This document shows, piece after piece, positions 26,532-38,049 of a stretch of DNA of 64,000 nucleotides. A program made the translations under genes and the position numbers. The stretch comes from Gonapodya sp. JEL0774. Lineage: Eukaryota. The DNA is taken from the NCBI GenBank assembly GCA_027604505.1, contig JADIIX010000129.1, positions 1-64,000 of the forward strand, written 5' to 3'. The notes under the pieces are model-generated. The model saw only the letters and a list, made by a program, of their open reading frames with translations. It had not been told where the DNA came from and searched no databases. Every line of letters starts with the position of its first letter. Within the stretch, counting starts at the first letter, position 1.

Positions 26532-28779
26532 TTACTCTTCCATCGCACCGCTTTTTAGCGCTGTGGAAACACATGAATGTGGCATTAGTGGGGCCACGGA
26601 TCAATTTCCCAAGCTTCGAATAACACTCACAACTCTTCCCCGCCCTTAATATCTCATCCACCAATAGCAGATTGCTCGCAATTACTGATGATGAGTTGAG
26701 GAGGTGGCGAATGACTCGGTAGTTGTCCCACACCCCCTCTATGCTTGGGTCAATCGGCTCTCCTGTTGTGAGGTCTATACCGACCACATGGCCAGCCGAG
26801 GTTTCCTCCTTGGCAATAATAAGATGGTCAGGGATGTCGGCGCTTCATCATCGATCCAAGGCCCCAAAAATTACCTGCAGCGCAACAATGACATCCTGCG
26901 TGTCATGCCCCGCATTCTCCGCTAGCACCTTTGGAACCACTAGCTGTGCCTCTGCAAACGCAATTACACCCATCCGTGGACGTCCCTTCACCGTTTCGGC
27001 GAACTTGGTGAGATGTCGGTGGAGTGAGACTTGGAAGGCACCTGCACCGGGGACCAGGAATTTATCATCGATGGCATTCTTCACGGCGCGGAGGCCGTCA
27101 CGAATTGCATCGTTGATTTGATTGAGAGTGTGGGCGTTGGGACCTGAGGTAAAACGCGCATTCTGGATCCAAACAGTTCGCGGGATGATATTGATATGGA
27201 GCGTACCTTTGATCAAAATTGTAACGGACTTGGGGTTCTTAACGTCCTCGACAAAGGTAAACTTCTCTTCTCCCAAAGTTTGTTCGTAAACTGAACCAGC
27301 CCATCCCAAACACTCGGGTGTCAGGTCGTCCACAGAGTTCTGGGCTGTGCCTCCAACAGCGAGCTGGAGGCGCTCCATGTTACGCCTCTTGGCTCTGCGG
27401 AGCGCTAAAATGCCATTCTTTTGGAGAATGTCGAGTGAAAGCGGGTCAATACCCTTCTGGTTGATGATGACGAAGGATTTGTTGGTGCCCTCGCAGACAC
27501 GCTTTTTGAAATCGACGATTTTGGCACACTTTGCGTCAGTAAAGCGGCGTTCAGATTCTACGAGCTTTTCACGTTGCTCAGCGGTGGTGTAGAAGAAGCC
27601 AGAATTGATTTCGCTGATTGTCATATGGGGCTGCAGTGAGAAATTGATCCAGCCAAAATCCTAGATCAGACTCACCTCTTCTCATACTCCAAGGAGACAT
27701 TCAACGTTAAGATGAAAGCGTCCTCTACTCTCTTGGGCATGTCTGGATGCCTTGCGCCGTGGTCCATCACCAAACCACGGACCATTTTGGTGTCCGTGTC
27801 ACTCCTGTGCATCATCTTCATTATTTCCACCATATGAAGATCAATAGGTTGACCTTCCTGACGAATCGCCAATACCGAATCCACAACCGCCTCCGTCAGG
27901 GAATCGGCCAGCTCCGCGCGCACTTTAGTTCGGAGAGAGGTGCGGGCTACGTTGAGAAGAGTTTCTCGGTCCATGGCTTTCGATACTTTGAAGGACTCCA
28001 GAAACTAGCTCAGCGGGAGTGATTCGAGGATGTAAGAATTAATGAAGGACAAGGTGCCGATGATTCGACTTTGAGGAGCTGAGATCGCGACATCTAGACT
28101 GCGGCGAAAACCCACATTGAGGGATTCCTTCTTCGCGATTTCAAATCCTTCTGAGGCAATTCTTGGATGCAGTCCTTCCGAAATATACCTCTCACTCTGC
28201 TTCAACAGTTCGGCGATGAGGAGAACATTGGTAGTCGTGCCGTCACCAGTGATCTCGTCTTGAGCCGTGGCAGCACGCGCAATCATGGCAGCGGTAGGGT
28301 TTTGGATTTGCTAGTAGCGTGGAACGTATTCATTTGGGACTGTAAGTGTGAAAACAAGAATCTCAAAGCTCACCATCTCAGAGAGAAGGACTTTCCCGTC
28401 CTTTGTGAGTTTAATGTCACCCGCTCCGCTAACGAGCCTACAAAAAATGTGAATTTCAATGAATGTCAAAGGTTGTTAACAAGAAATCAGCTTACATTTT
28501 GATTGTTCCTTTGGGTCCGAGATTCGTCCTCAAAACTTCCTGAAGACCAAGCGCCGCATTGATATTCAACTGCAATGCTTGTCCTCTCCGAGCAACATCG
28601 GCTTTTGGGTTGATGGTAGTGATAGCGGAACTGGCCCTGGTGTTTGTGAGCGGCGTCGATGGTATTTGGTGGATTACAACAAGAAGAAGCAGCCAGACAG
28701 GGATAGAATGAGTTCACAATTCGAAAAATGATCTGAGATGGAGAAGATTCTGTGGGTGACCCGGGGAAATTTCTCACAT
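26532..28779 (-). CDS. CCT6: T-complex protein 1 subunit zeta
   Basis: [87 protein letters not shown]. The start is inferred with the ATG split by an intron. Confidence 0.96.
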
Positions 28780-28945
28780 CGTCGTATGAATGTAGGTGTG
28801 GAAACAGTTGGAGAAATTGCTTTGCGGGGATGTGTTTCACCGCCCCTGCTTCAGGTGCCCACTTCATGCCCAACAACGGGGGGTTACATCAAAGGAGAAG
28901 CAGAGCAATTACAGGTCTGTCAACAACGTGCTTTAGACATTCTAT

Positions 28946-30072
28946 TTACACAAGTTTCTTTGCTATGAAGAATCTGAAGTGCAGCATATCGAGGGCAGTT
29001 CTCCGCTCAGTGAAGTCGCTCCAGTAATAAAATTTCATGCATGTGCAAACTCACGTTTTCAAATGTGTTGTCTGCCAGAGCGCCGTTGCAGCAAGCACGA
29101 CAATCTGAGCAATAGTGTACCACACCACCCTGCTGTTGGTTGACTCGGAAGTGTTCCGGAACTCCGCTTCGCGCTCCTGCCGAGTGAGCACAACTTTAGT
29201 GACCACATTGCATCTGCTACAGAACATGACGTGGACATACCCGCTGATACTGTTGCTCTCGTCGAATGTTGTTCACGCGGAAGTTCAGGTCCCTGATGCG
29301 CATGGCGATGTCTGCAAACAAAATGATATATAATTACACAACTGAGATTTACTAGCTGACCTATGACTAACAACGCTTACCGCTAACAGACTCTTTGGCT
29401 TTGTTGCTGGCTGTTTGGTCCTCCACATCTCCCAGTGTCATATCGAGGTGTAAGCGCTTTTTGTGGTGAGTGGCCATCGAACATTGTGAGATGAGTGTGA
29501 GATGAGTAAGCATTTGGGTTTATGGAGCTATGACTGCTCAAGCCGGAGACTCACCACTTTGGAGTTCGTGAACCATGAGGAAGAGTTGCTGCTAAAGCAC
29601 AAATTGTAATCTCCCGAATCAGCTGCCGTGAACATGAAGCGACCAGAGCTTCCGCCTTTTTGATTGATGATTATCGTTCCGTCGTCAGCATCCTAGAAAG
29701 CAATCCAACGTCAGCGGCTTCAACATTTGGAGCAGGTTTAATTTAGTCACCTCGACGTGGATTTGAATTCCTACGCCAAAATTTTCAACGTAAGCATTCA
29801 CATGGTTGGACCACTCCTCGCTCCGGTACGAGCCGCGAACGACTGTTGATCCGTTTCCATGCAATCGTCCAATGTTGGCAATGTATCGTGGCGTTTCAGG
29901 TCAATAAATTAGAGAAACTGAAAGCAAATCATTTGTCATTATACTTACCGGTGTCCTTGGCGAGCTCTTCAATCAAGCATCGTCGGTCGCTGCCTTCCAG
30001 ATAGAAATACACAGCTCTGGAGGATGTCACCATGCTCAGGACAAGTGACAGGATGAGAAGGGCCCTCATCAT
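28946..30072 (-). CDS. p24/emp24/gp25L family cargo receptor (alpha subfamily, TMED9/Erp1-like)
   Basis: Signal peptide then VYFYLEGSDRRCLIEELAKDT, GRFMFTAADSGDYNLCF, REAEFRNTSESTNSRVVWY, a TM segment, and C-terminal FFIAKKLV*. Confidence 0.92.
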
Positions 30073-30448
30073 TGTAAAAGTTGTGATATGGCTGCAATGG
30101 AATCCGCAAATCCGAGCAGATTCTGGTGTGGTGGCAAACGTGTGAAGATGCACAATGCTATTTATATATCCACTTCCGGGCACCAACGAATCCAAATGGA
30201 ATCTTTTACTGCGATACCCAGACTTCTATGCAGGTCACTCGATCTTTTCACCTCAGGCTGTTACCAACGTTGCACTTCAGAACTAAGTTCACAACAGATT
30301 TAAGAATATCATATTCTTATTGTAATCAGATGGTGTTGCCGTAACAGGAACAAACACTTTTGGGTACTCGACATTTGCATATACAGAACACAAGCACAAC
30401 GCCTTCCACTTAAAATTCGCACTTTGCACCTAGACCGGCTCACACGCG

Positions 30449-33400
30449 ATGTCTGAATTAGCGCCAATGGACATGGACCCCCAGCAAGTCGAGAATGCAG
30501 AAGGGCTCTACCCTGTAGCGGTGCTCCTGGATGAGCTCAAGCACGACGACGTCTCCTTGCGTCTCAACGCTATCCGCCGCCTGGGAACAATAGCGCTGGC
30601 TCTGGGCGTGGAGAGAACAAGAGAGGAGCTCGTTCCTTTCTTGGACGGTGAGTGTGGAGGCAGACTTGGCGGTTTGAGATTCGCTTACGGTCAACGCGGA
30701 CCCGAATATTTGGTCATGACGATTCTGGAGCAGTGCAACGAGGAAATTTGGAGGAGCTGAAACTTTCGGGTGCTTTGCTGGTTGTTGTTTTACGCTGCAT
30801 TTGTTGGAGCTCGTGATAAATGGAGTTCTCCATGAAACACGAGTCTCATCACACTGGATTCGGACAGATTGTCCTGCTCCGTCGGTTGTTTCGTGGCAAG
30901 ATCGACTCTTGATAGAACGAAGGTTTAAAAACCATAATATTGACTCGCTATTGTCGCTGTGCCCTTGCCCGCCTTGTTTCTCTCCTCAGAATCCATTGAT
31001 GACGAAGACGAAGTCCTCCTTACTCTCGCTGAAGAGCTTGGCTCTTTTGTCGAATACGTTGGTGGACCTCCACACGCCCACATCCTCCTCGCGCCGCTTG
31101 AGAACCTTGCGGCTGTTGAAGAAACCGTTGTGAGAGATAAGGTAAACGCAAGAATCGGATCTAGGAGCCAGCATCCTGGTGTCTCGTTACAAGGTAGCAA
31201 GTGGGACTACTTGATATGTAGGGAGATGACCGGCATCAGTTAGCGGAGACGATGGAGGAGATTGTGGTCATTGTTCATCAAATGCCTTGAAACCACACTC
31301 TGGAATGTAGCAGTGCCTATTACATTTGCATGGATTGATGCTATTTGGTCCGGATTGAAGAGGATTCGGCGAAAAGATGGACACGCACGCACCAATTCTG
31401 GCGTCGTCCGTCGAATGATGTTTGCTATGTGAACCCAATGAGGATACAGCATTTATGCACTATGCAGCAGTCTTTCCCTTTCGTTCTGTGTGGACCCTGA
31501 CCTTTTTACATATTCATTGCGCTTTCGCTACCGCATTTACCAGGCTGTTGCCTCTCTCGCCAAAATCTCCAACGTCCTCTCCCCCTCACAAATCGAAGAA
31601 TTTTTCCTTCCCCTCGTCAAGCGTCTTTCTTCTGGCGACTGGTTTACCTCTCGAACATCTGCGTGTGGTCTTTACGCTCCTGTATATGACAGGTGCGCAC
31701 CTGCAACGAGGGACGAACTCAGGAAAGGTTTCGCTGTTCTTTGCAAGGATGACACGCCCATGGTTAGGAGGGCGGCAGCCACAAACTTACCGGTGAGTGC
31801 CAGCGCTGCGTCTGATTCTCGGTTACACCCAGTCTCCGCTGAAATCCTCTTACTCATCCTAGAAAATGATTGCCAGAGTTTCCAAGGAGCACTTGATTGG
31901 CGATTTAATGCCCCTCTTCAACGGACTCTCCCAGGATGACCAGGTGTGTTCCAGTACCGCACGGGGCTTTTCTTTCCACGTCCAAGCCCGCCCCTTTTTT
32001 TAGGACTCAGTCCGCCTGCTCACAGTGGAAGCGCTCATTGCCATCGCCAAAGTGCTCACTCCTAGTGAGTCCAAGACTCACCTGCTGCAAGTCATGCGCA
32101 ATTCCTGCTCGGACAAGTCCTGGCGAGTACGGTACATTGTTGCAGAGAAGTTTGTGGAGGTGAGGAGCACCTTGATCGTGGGCAAACTGAGCGACGATTG
32201 AAAGTATCGAATTCTGTTCGAATATTCCTTCCAGTTGTCCAAAGCTGTCGGCGAGGTGCTCATAAAGGAAGAACTGTCGGCTGCCTACGTCAGTGTTCTG
32301 AAGGATTCTGAGGCGGAAGTCCGGACAGCTGCTGCCACACAAATCCCCGGTGATTGTCCCGTGCATGTTCGTTTTGTCTTTAAGGTCTCTTTGTTTGACT
32401 GTTCGATTTAATCCAGGATTTTCGGCTCTTGTGGACCGAGACACAATCCTCAACAACATCCTCCCTTGCGTACGCGATCTTTCTACGGACTCCTCACAGC
32501 ACGTTAGGGCCTCTCTTGCGACGCATATTACTGGCCTTGCTCCGCTGCTGGGTAAAGACAAGTGTGTGCTTCTGCTCAAATGATCTTCTGAGTGCAATCG
32601 AAACTGAACAACTCGCGTTCCGTTGCTTCAGTACCATTGAACACCTCCTGCCAATGTTCCTTCAGCTCCTCAAGGACGAGGCGCCGGAAGTGCGACTCAA
32701 CATCATTTCTAAACTCGACCTTGTCAACCAAGGTTAGTACTTTTCTCGAGTTGTTACCACTCTTTTGAAGGTCCTCGAACACCATCACGATCTTAGTTAT
32801 CGGCATCGACCTCCTATCGCAATCTCTTCTACCCGCCATCGTTGAGCTCGCGGAAGACAAGCAGTGGCGGGTGCGCCTGGCCATAATTGAGAACATTCCC
32901 TTGCTCGCGGGACAATTGGGCCAGGAATTTTTTGACGAAAAGCTGAGCACTTTGTGCATGCAGTGGCTCGGAGATGCTGTCTTCTCCATCAGGGAAGCAG
33001 CGACATCAAATTTGAAGAAATTGACCGAGGTGTTTGGAGTGGAATGGGCCAAGAGAACGATTATACCAAAAGTCCTCGAGCTGTCATCGAACCAAAACTA
33101 CCTATACAGGATGACGACAATATTTGCGCTCACGGTGCGTTGCACACATTCAGTTCAATATGCGATTACACTTCGTCGGTCTTACCTCTGTTGCCCGACG
33201 CAGACTCTTGCCCAATCTGTGACACCCGAAGTCGTGAAAGACCTCATCGTCCCCACAGTTATCACGCTCTCTGGTGACCCCATCCCAAACATTCGCTTCA
33301 ACGTCGCCAAATCCTTTGAGAAGCTGACCCCTATTCTCCGGAAACCCGAAATGGGACCTCAGATACTCGAGCAGGTGCGGGCCACGTTGACGAAGCTGAG

Positions 33401-33527
33401 CGAGGATTTGGATGTGGACGTGAGGTTCTTCGCAGCGAAGGCACTGTCTGCTTGTGAGTTTTAAGATGTAGAATGTGAGGCAGTGTGCTCTCGCTGACAT
33501 TATTCTTCTTTGCCCAACACAGTGTAG
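30449..33527 (+). CDS. TPD3: Protein phosphatase 2A scaffold (A) subunit
   Basis: [92 protein letters not shown] repeats. Confidence 0.97.
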
Positions 33528-33804
33528 TGGAGGGTACAGTCATAGTTTGGAAGTTGTGCGTTGGAGAACGTTTGATAGGGCATCGCATATCTTCAGGTGT
33601 AATTTTCCGTTTGGACCACACCCTCAATAAAGTTGCAATCCCATTGAAACGAAATGGAATGGACAGCAAGCACGAAGATATTTGAATACGTGCAATTTCA
33701 ATTCCTCTCTCTTCCTTACAAGAACTCTCTACACTCTTCCAGTGGCAAATGTCATAGAGTAACCACCTCCTCTCCCACCCACTCCCGCTCCATAATTTTC
33801 AACC

Positions 33805-35490
33805 CTACGCAGTCATGTCTACCTCCACGGGCTCGGGGACGGCGGCTGCGGGGGTGGGCTCGGACGGGACGGGAATGGGGATCTCTTCTTCGGGTTTGGG
33901 TTCCTGTGAAACAGAGTAAGCGAAGGTGGAGCGAAAGGGTCGATATGATAGACACAGTCAACTTTGCTTTAACGGGTACCACCACTCACAATGATGGTGA
34001 CATTGTCGGGCAAGGGCTTCCTGGGACCTTGTTTGCCCGTGGGGTCCTGAGCGAGCATAATCTTGACCTTGATACCCAGAACCCCTTGCCTCAGAAGCAC
34101 GTGGCGTACGGCCAGGTCAATGTACTCGAGTGCGGGTTGGCCAGAGTGGACCATGAACCCGTCGGCAAACTTCATGGATTTGGCACGGGCGCCGCGGATC
34201 TTGCCAGAGACAATGACTTCGACACCCTTGGCGCCGGATTCCATGGCGAAACGGAGGACACCGTAGCAGGCACTGAGGCGGATGGGATGCGGGAGGGAGG
34301 GGGGAGGAGGGTTCATATGAGCGAACGGTGGTGAGCATCCCGGATAGCCAACATTCCAAACCAGGTAGGCGTCCAGGTACCCCCGAGATGTGTTTTCCTC
34401 TCAACTTACCGCCTGACGGCCAAACCTCCAAGCAGCTTGAATTTCAAGCTCTCGGCCTGAGCGATAGCGCTGAGACCCCGGTTCTGAATCTTTTCTGCGT
34501 ACAGCTCGACGGTTCCCTCGGGGAACCCAAACCTCTTTTGTACGACGCTAGTGAGTTCCCTGATCCTGCGACCACGCTCGCCGAGCACGTTTTGTGTGCG
34601 AGTGGCGCGGATAATGACTTCGGTGCGGGCAGGGGTGACGCGGACTTCGACGCCAGAGTAGCCGTCTTCGGCGAGTTCACGGGTAAGGAGTTCGTTAAGT
34701 TCGGCGTAGAAGACACCGTCGGCGACGAACTAGGTGAGCGTGAAGGTGGTGGGCGAGGGTGTCGTTGTGGGTTGGAAGATTGGGGACAATTGGTGCATCG
34801 AATCGGAACGTGGGGAAAGAGAAGGAGTCAAATGTGCGGGAGGTTGGGGAGAGATGGTTAGAATCTTATCACAGATGTGACGAGAGATGACTGCACCAGT
34901 GGAAGAAGTCGGTTGTTCATTGTGTGTGCATGATTGAGACTGCACACCGAGGATTCCCGTTCCAACCCTCCAGGGTCATCGCCTTGTAAAATATGCTCTC
35001 TACTGAGACCTTTTCTCTCCGAGTCTTCCACGCCGGAACCGAAGAAACCCGTGGTGGTGTTCAGCACTCGCCCAGCAAAAGTCCTGGGGAGCACTGTCTC
35101 TCTCTCTCTCTCTCAACCCGCCACTGCATCAGCCGCCACACCACACATTTTCAGAGCCGGTATGCAGCCATAAACAGCGTGTGTGAAGCGCCGTTTACAC
35201 TTAGAGGTGTCAGATGTAGTGCCGAACACGATCGGACTCATCACCAAAAGGGGTGGGGTGGAATGACAGTGCGGGTTTGCGGGAGAGAAAATGCTGTCTG
35301 TAGTCCATGAGAATATTTTTGTCCAGCAGGAATTTCGCCGTCTTCTCCTCCTTTCTTGTCGTCGGTCCCGCTCTCTCGTGTTCCGGTTTGGCCGCGCTCC
35401 CACAGACATTGGAACCCCCCACGTCCCAGACTCCGCCGCTGTTGTGCGTCCGCTGACCTTTCTCTTCTTGGACATTTGAGTGGCCGCCAT
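33805..35490 (-). CDS. RPS3: 40S ribosomal protein S3
   Basis: [81 protein letters not shown]. Long first intron at about 34730-35457. Confidence 0.97.
35096..35114. repeat. (CT)n microsatellite in RPS3 intron 1
   Basis: A run of about 9 TC units. Confidence 0.85.
35147..35250 (-). ncRNA. Intronic C/D-box snoRNA, snR48/SNORD60-like
   Basis: C box GTGATGA (35244-35238), D box CTGA (35154-35151), weak U/A terminal stem. Internal TCTGACACCTCTA (35214-35202) is complementary to the conserved LSU rRNA sequence UAGAGGUGUCAGA. Confidence 0.75.
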
Positions 35491-36205
35491 TGTGAATGTG
35501 TCGCCAATCGCCGTGCGGTGGATGGATGTGTGGAGAGGAGAGAGCGAGCGTGGGCGGGTGGTGGTGGTCGGTCGTGGCCACAGCCATACAAATTTTGAAT
35601 CTCCCTCTGCTGTCCTGCTTCATCCTTCAAACTACCACACTCTGCTTGCTTTTATTCCTCCCTCCATTCTCAGCATAAGTGTCATGAAGCAACGATGCTG
35701 TGAGGGGAAATTCCCGCGTATACCTTAAGTTGCTGGACGCATGGACGAGAAATGAGACACTGGCGTTAGAGAAACAAACTGGTAATTAAATGTTGGTTTA
35801 GAATTGAACTATGCTAAGTCATTCATATGTCGTGTTCAGATCAGAGGGATCTGCCCGACTACTTAGCCAGGCACTCCCGGAACGAACCAATCTACATTTG
35901 GAACGAAATTCACAGTACAATAATTGGTTATCCACGTGTGGCTATTCTTTACAATGCCACCCATACAAGTAACGGTATCACAGACCAGCTGCTCTGATTC
36001 CAAATTATCCACTCTCGCGGTTCTCACTCACACACAATGCAACGGCCAATTCGCTCAGAATACAGAACACAATATCCATCCACAGGACAAAACGACCAGG
36101 TTCACCCTGAAGCCTACGCGCGTCTGTCCTGCTCCGAGTCATGCCACACGGGGGCCACACATATCACTCATTCGGAACGATGTGTCATGTGCGATTTGTT
36201 CCCGT

Positions 36206-37785
36206 TCAGTGAAAATCTTCTTCCTTCAGACCCAAGAACTCGAGTGCGTTGCGGGACAACATGCGGTCCTTGTCGTCCTCGGTGAGCTCTTCGATTTCCT
36301 CGATGAGGCGGCCCGGACGGTCGATTTCACTGGAGGATGGTGTGCGTGAAGTATAAAAAAATGTACAGGGAAAATGAGTATGCGATGAATACGACCAGGG
36401 GGGTTCCAACAATACACGCAAAAAAGTCCCAGCCCCGCTTCTCACCCCTCAAACTCACCCCAACGGAAACGGATAGTCCGACCCCATGAGCACCCTCCCC
36501 ACACCAAACTTCTTCACCAGCAACATGAGCGCGTCTCTATCGTGCACCAATGAGTCCACCCATATTCTATCCAACATGCTCAGCGGGCTCCTCGTTGTGT
36601 TCACGGCGACCAAATCCGGCCTGCACTGGAACCCGTGCTCGATGCGGCCCACCGTGCCCGGGAAGGATCCTCCGCCGTGCGCAAAGCAGACTTTGAGCCG
36701 GGGGTGGCGTTCCAGGACGCCGCCGAGGAGGAGGGAGCAGATGGCGATGGTGGTTTCGCAGGGCATCATGACGAGCCAGGGGAACCAGTATTTCTCCATG
36801 CGGGTGTTGGAGGTCATGTCCCAGGGGTGTACTTTTAATTGGGCAAGGAGGGATGGAGTTGGATTGAGGCAACATGTGAGTGTTGGGTGAATGGGGAGTG
36901 GACGCGGTTGTCTGTGCCCAAAACAAAAAAATTCTCCCGACCGACTCACCAAACACCGCCGCGTCCAACTCCTCACATGCGGTCCAAAACGGCTCCAGCT
37001 CCGGCGCGTCCAAGTTCCAGTCGTTGATGTGACTCCCAATCTGGACCCCCCTGAGCCCCAGCTCCTCCACACACCGCTTCAACTCCGCGACGGCCAAGTC
37101 GGGCGCCTGCATGGGCAAGGTGCCCAATCCGGTGAATCGACGGGGGTTTTCGGCCACGCATTGGGCGAGGTGGTCGTTGAGGTAGCGGGCGAGGTCGAGG
37201 GTGTGCTCGGGTTTTTTGTTGTAGTTGAACATGACGGGGACGGTGGAGAGGACTTGGACGTCGACACCTGAAGGATTCCACGGCAACCACACAGGGTTCA
37301 GTTCGTACTGATCGAAATATGAGTTGAAAGGGTTGACAATTCAGACTCTCACCAGCCTTGTCACATTCTGGCAGTCGGGCGGCGCAATTGCAGCAGTTGC
37401 TCTCCACGGTCCTGAAAAACTTGCCGTCCAGGTACATGTTGGCTTTTTGAAACGCAGAAATGATTGGCTTCGTCAGTGATTTATTGTTCCACCACGTTTC
37501 CCCCCTGGCCACAAAAGCCAACAGACGATCCTTCTTTTCTTTTCTGAGGCTTTTCTCAGGCTCACCTCGGCCGCTCGCGTCGTCGTGCTTCACTTGGATC
37601 CAACCCGTGGAGTTGTACCGTCTGGACAAGTCCGGGAGATGGCGAGGGAGGACGTGAGTGTGTATGTCGATTTTGAAGTAAGGAGAGCCGTTGGATTTGA
37701 GGATGGGACCGGTTGGGAGGGAGTCGTTGTTTTGAGGGGAGTGGTCTGGAGCGCTCAGGGGAAGGGGTTCATGCGGAGACGACAT
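36206..37785 (-). CDS. ACMSD: 2-amino-3-carboxymuconate-6-semialdehyde decarboxylase (amidohydrolase family)
   Basis: KIDIHTHVLP, VQVLSTVPVMFNY, GLGTLPMQAP, GVQIGSHIN, VHPWDM, KYWFPWLVMMPCETT, AHGGGSFP, GSDYPFPLG. Confidence 0.95.
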
Positions 37786-38049
37786 GATTTGAGTGCTAAT
37801 TAGTCGGAGGGGTGGACGATTGACTGGGGCGTGGGAGTATTCAAAGTGGACAAGGATTCAGAGAAGACAGAAACAAAGGAATGAAGTTACTTTGATTTAT
37901 ATATGTGTGGGGCTCTTTGTTGCACCAGTTGGGAACAGAGTTTCGGGAGTGGCGCAGCCGGCTTCAGACATGTGACCGACACATCAGGCCCACACCTGTT
38001 CCTCGCAGTTCTCACCGAACGAGGTTGTGAATGGAAGCTCCCCAATCAC

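Noticed and set aside
29486..29507. Tandem GTGAGATGAGT x2 near a p24 exon/intron boundary
   Set aside because: Simple slippage-type duplication.
34730..35457. Telomerase RNA, RNase MRP/P, U17/snR30 or SNORD15 in the RPS3 intron
   Set aside because: No telomeric template, no MRP/P conserved regions, no U17 m1/m2 motifs and no U15 guide were found.
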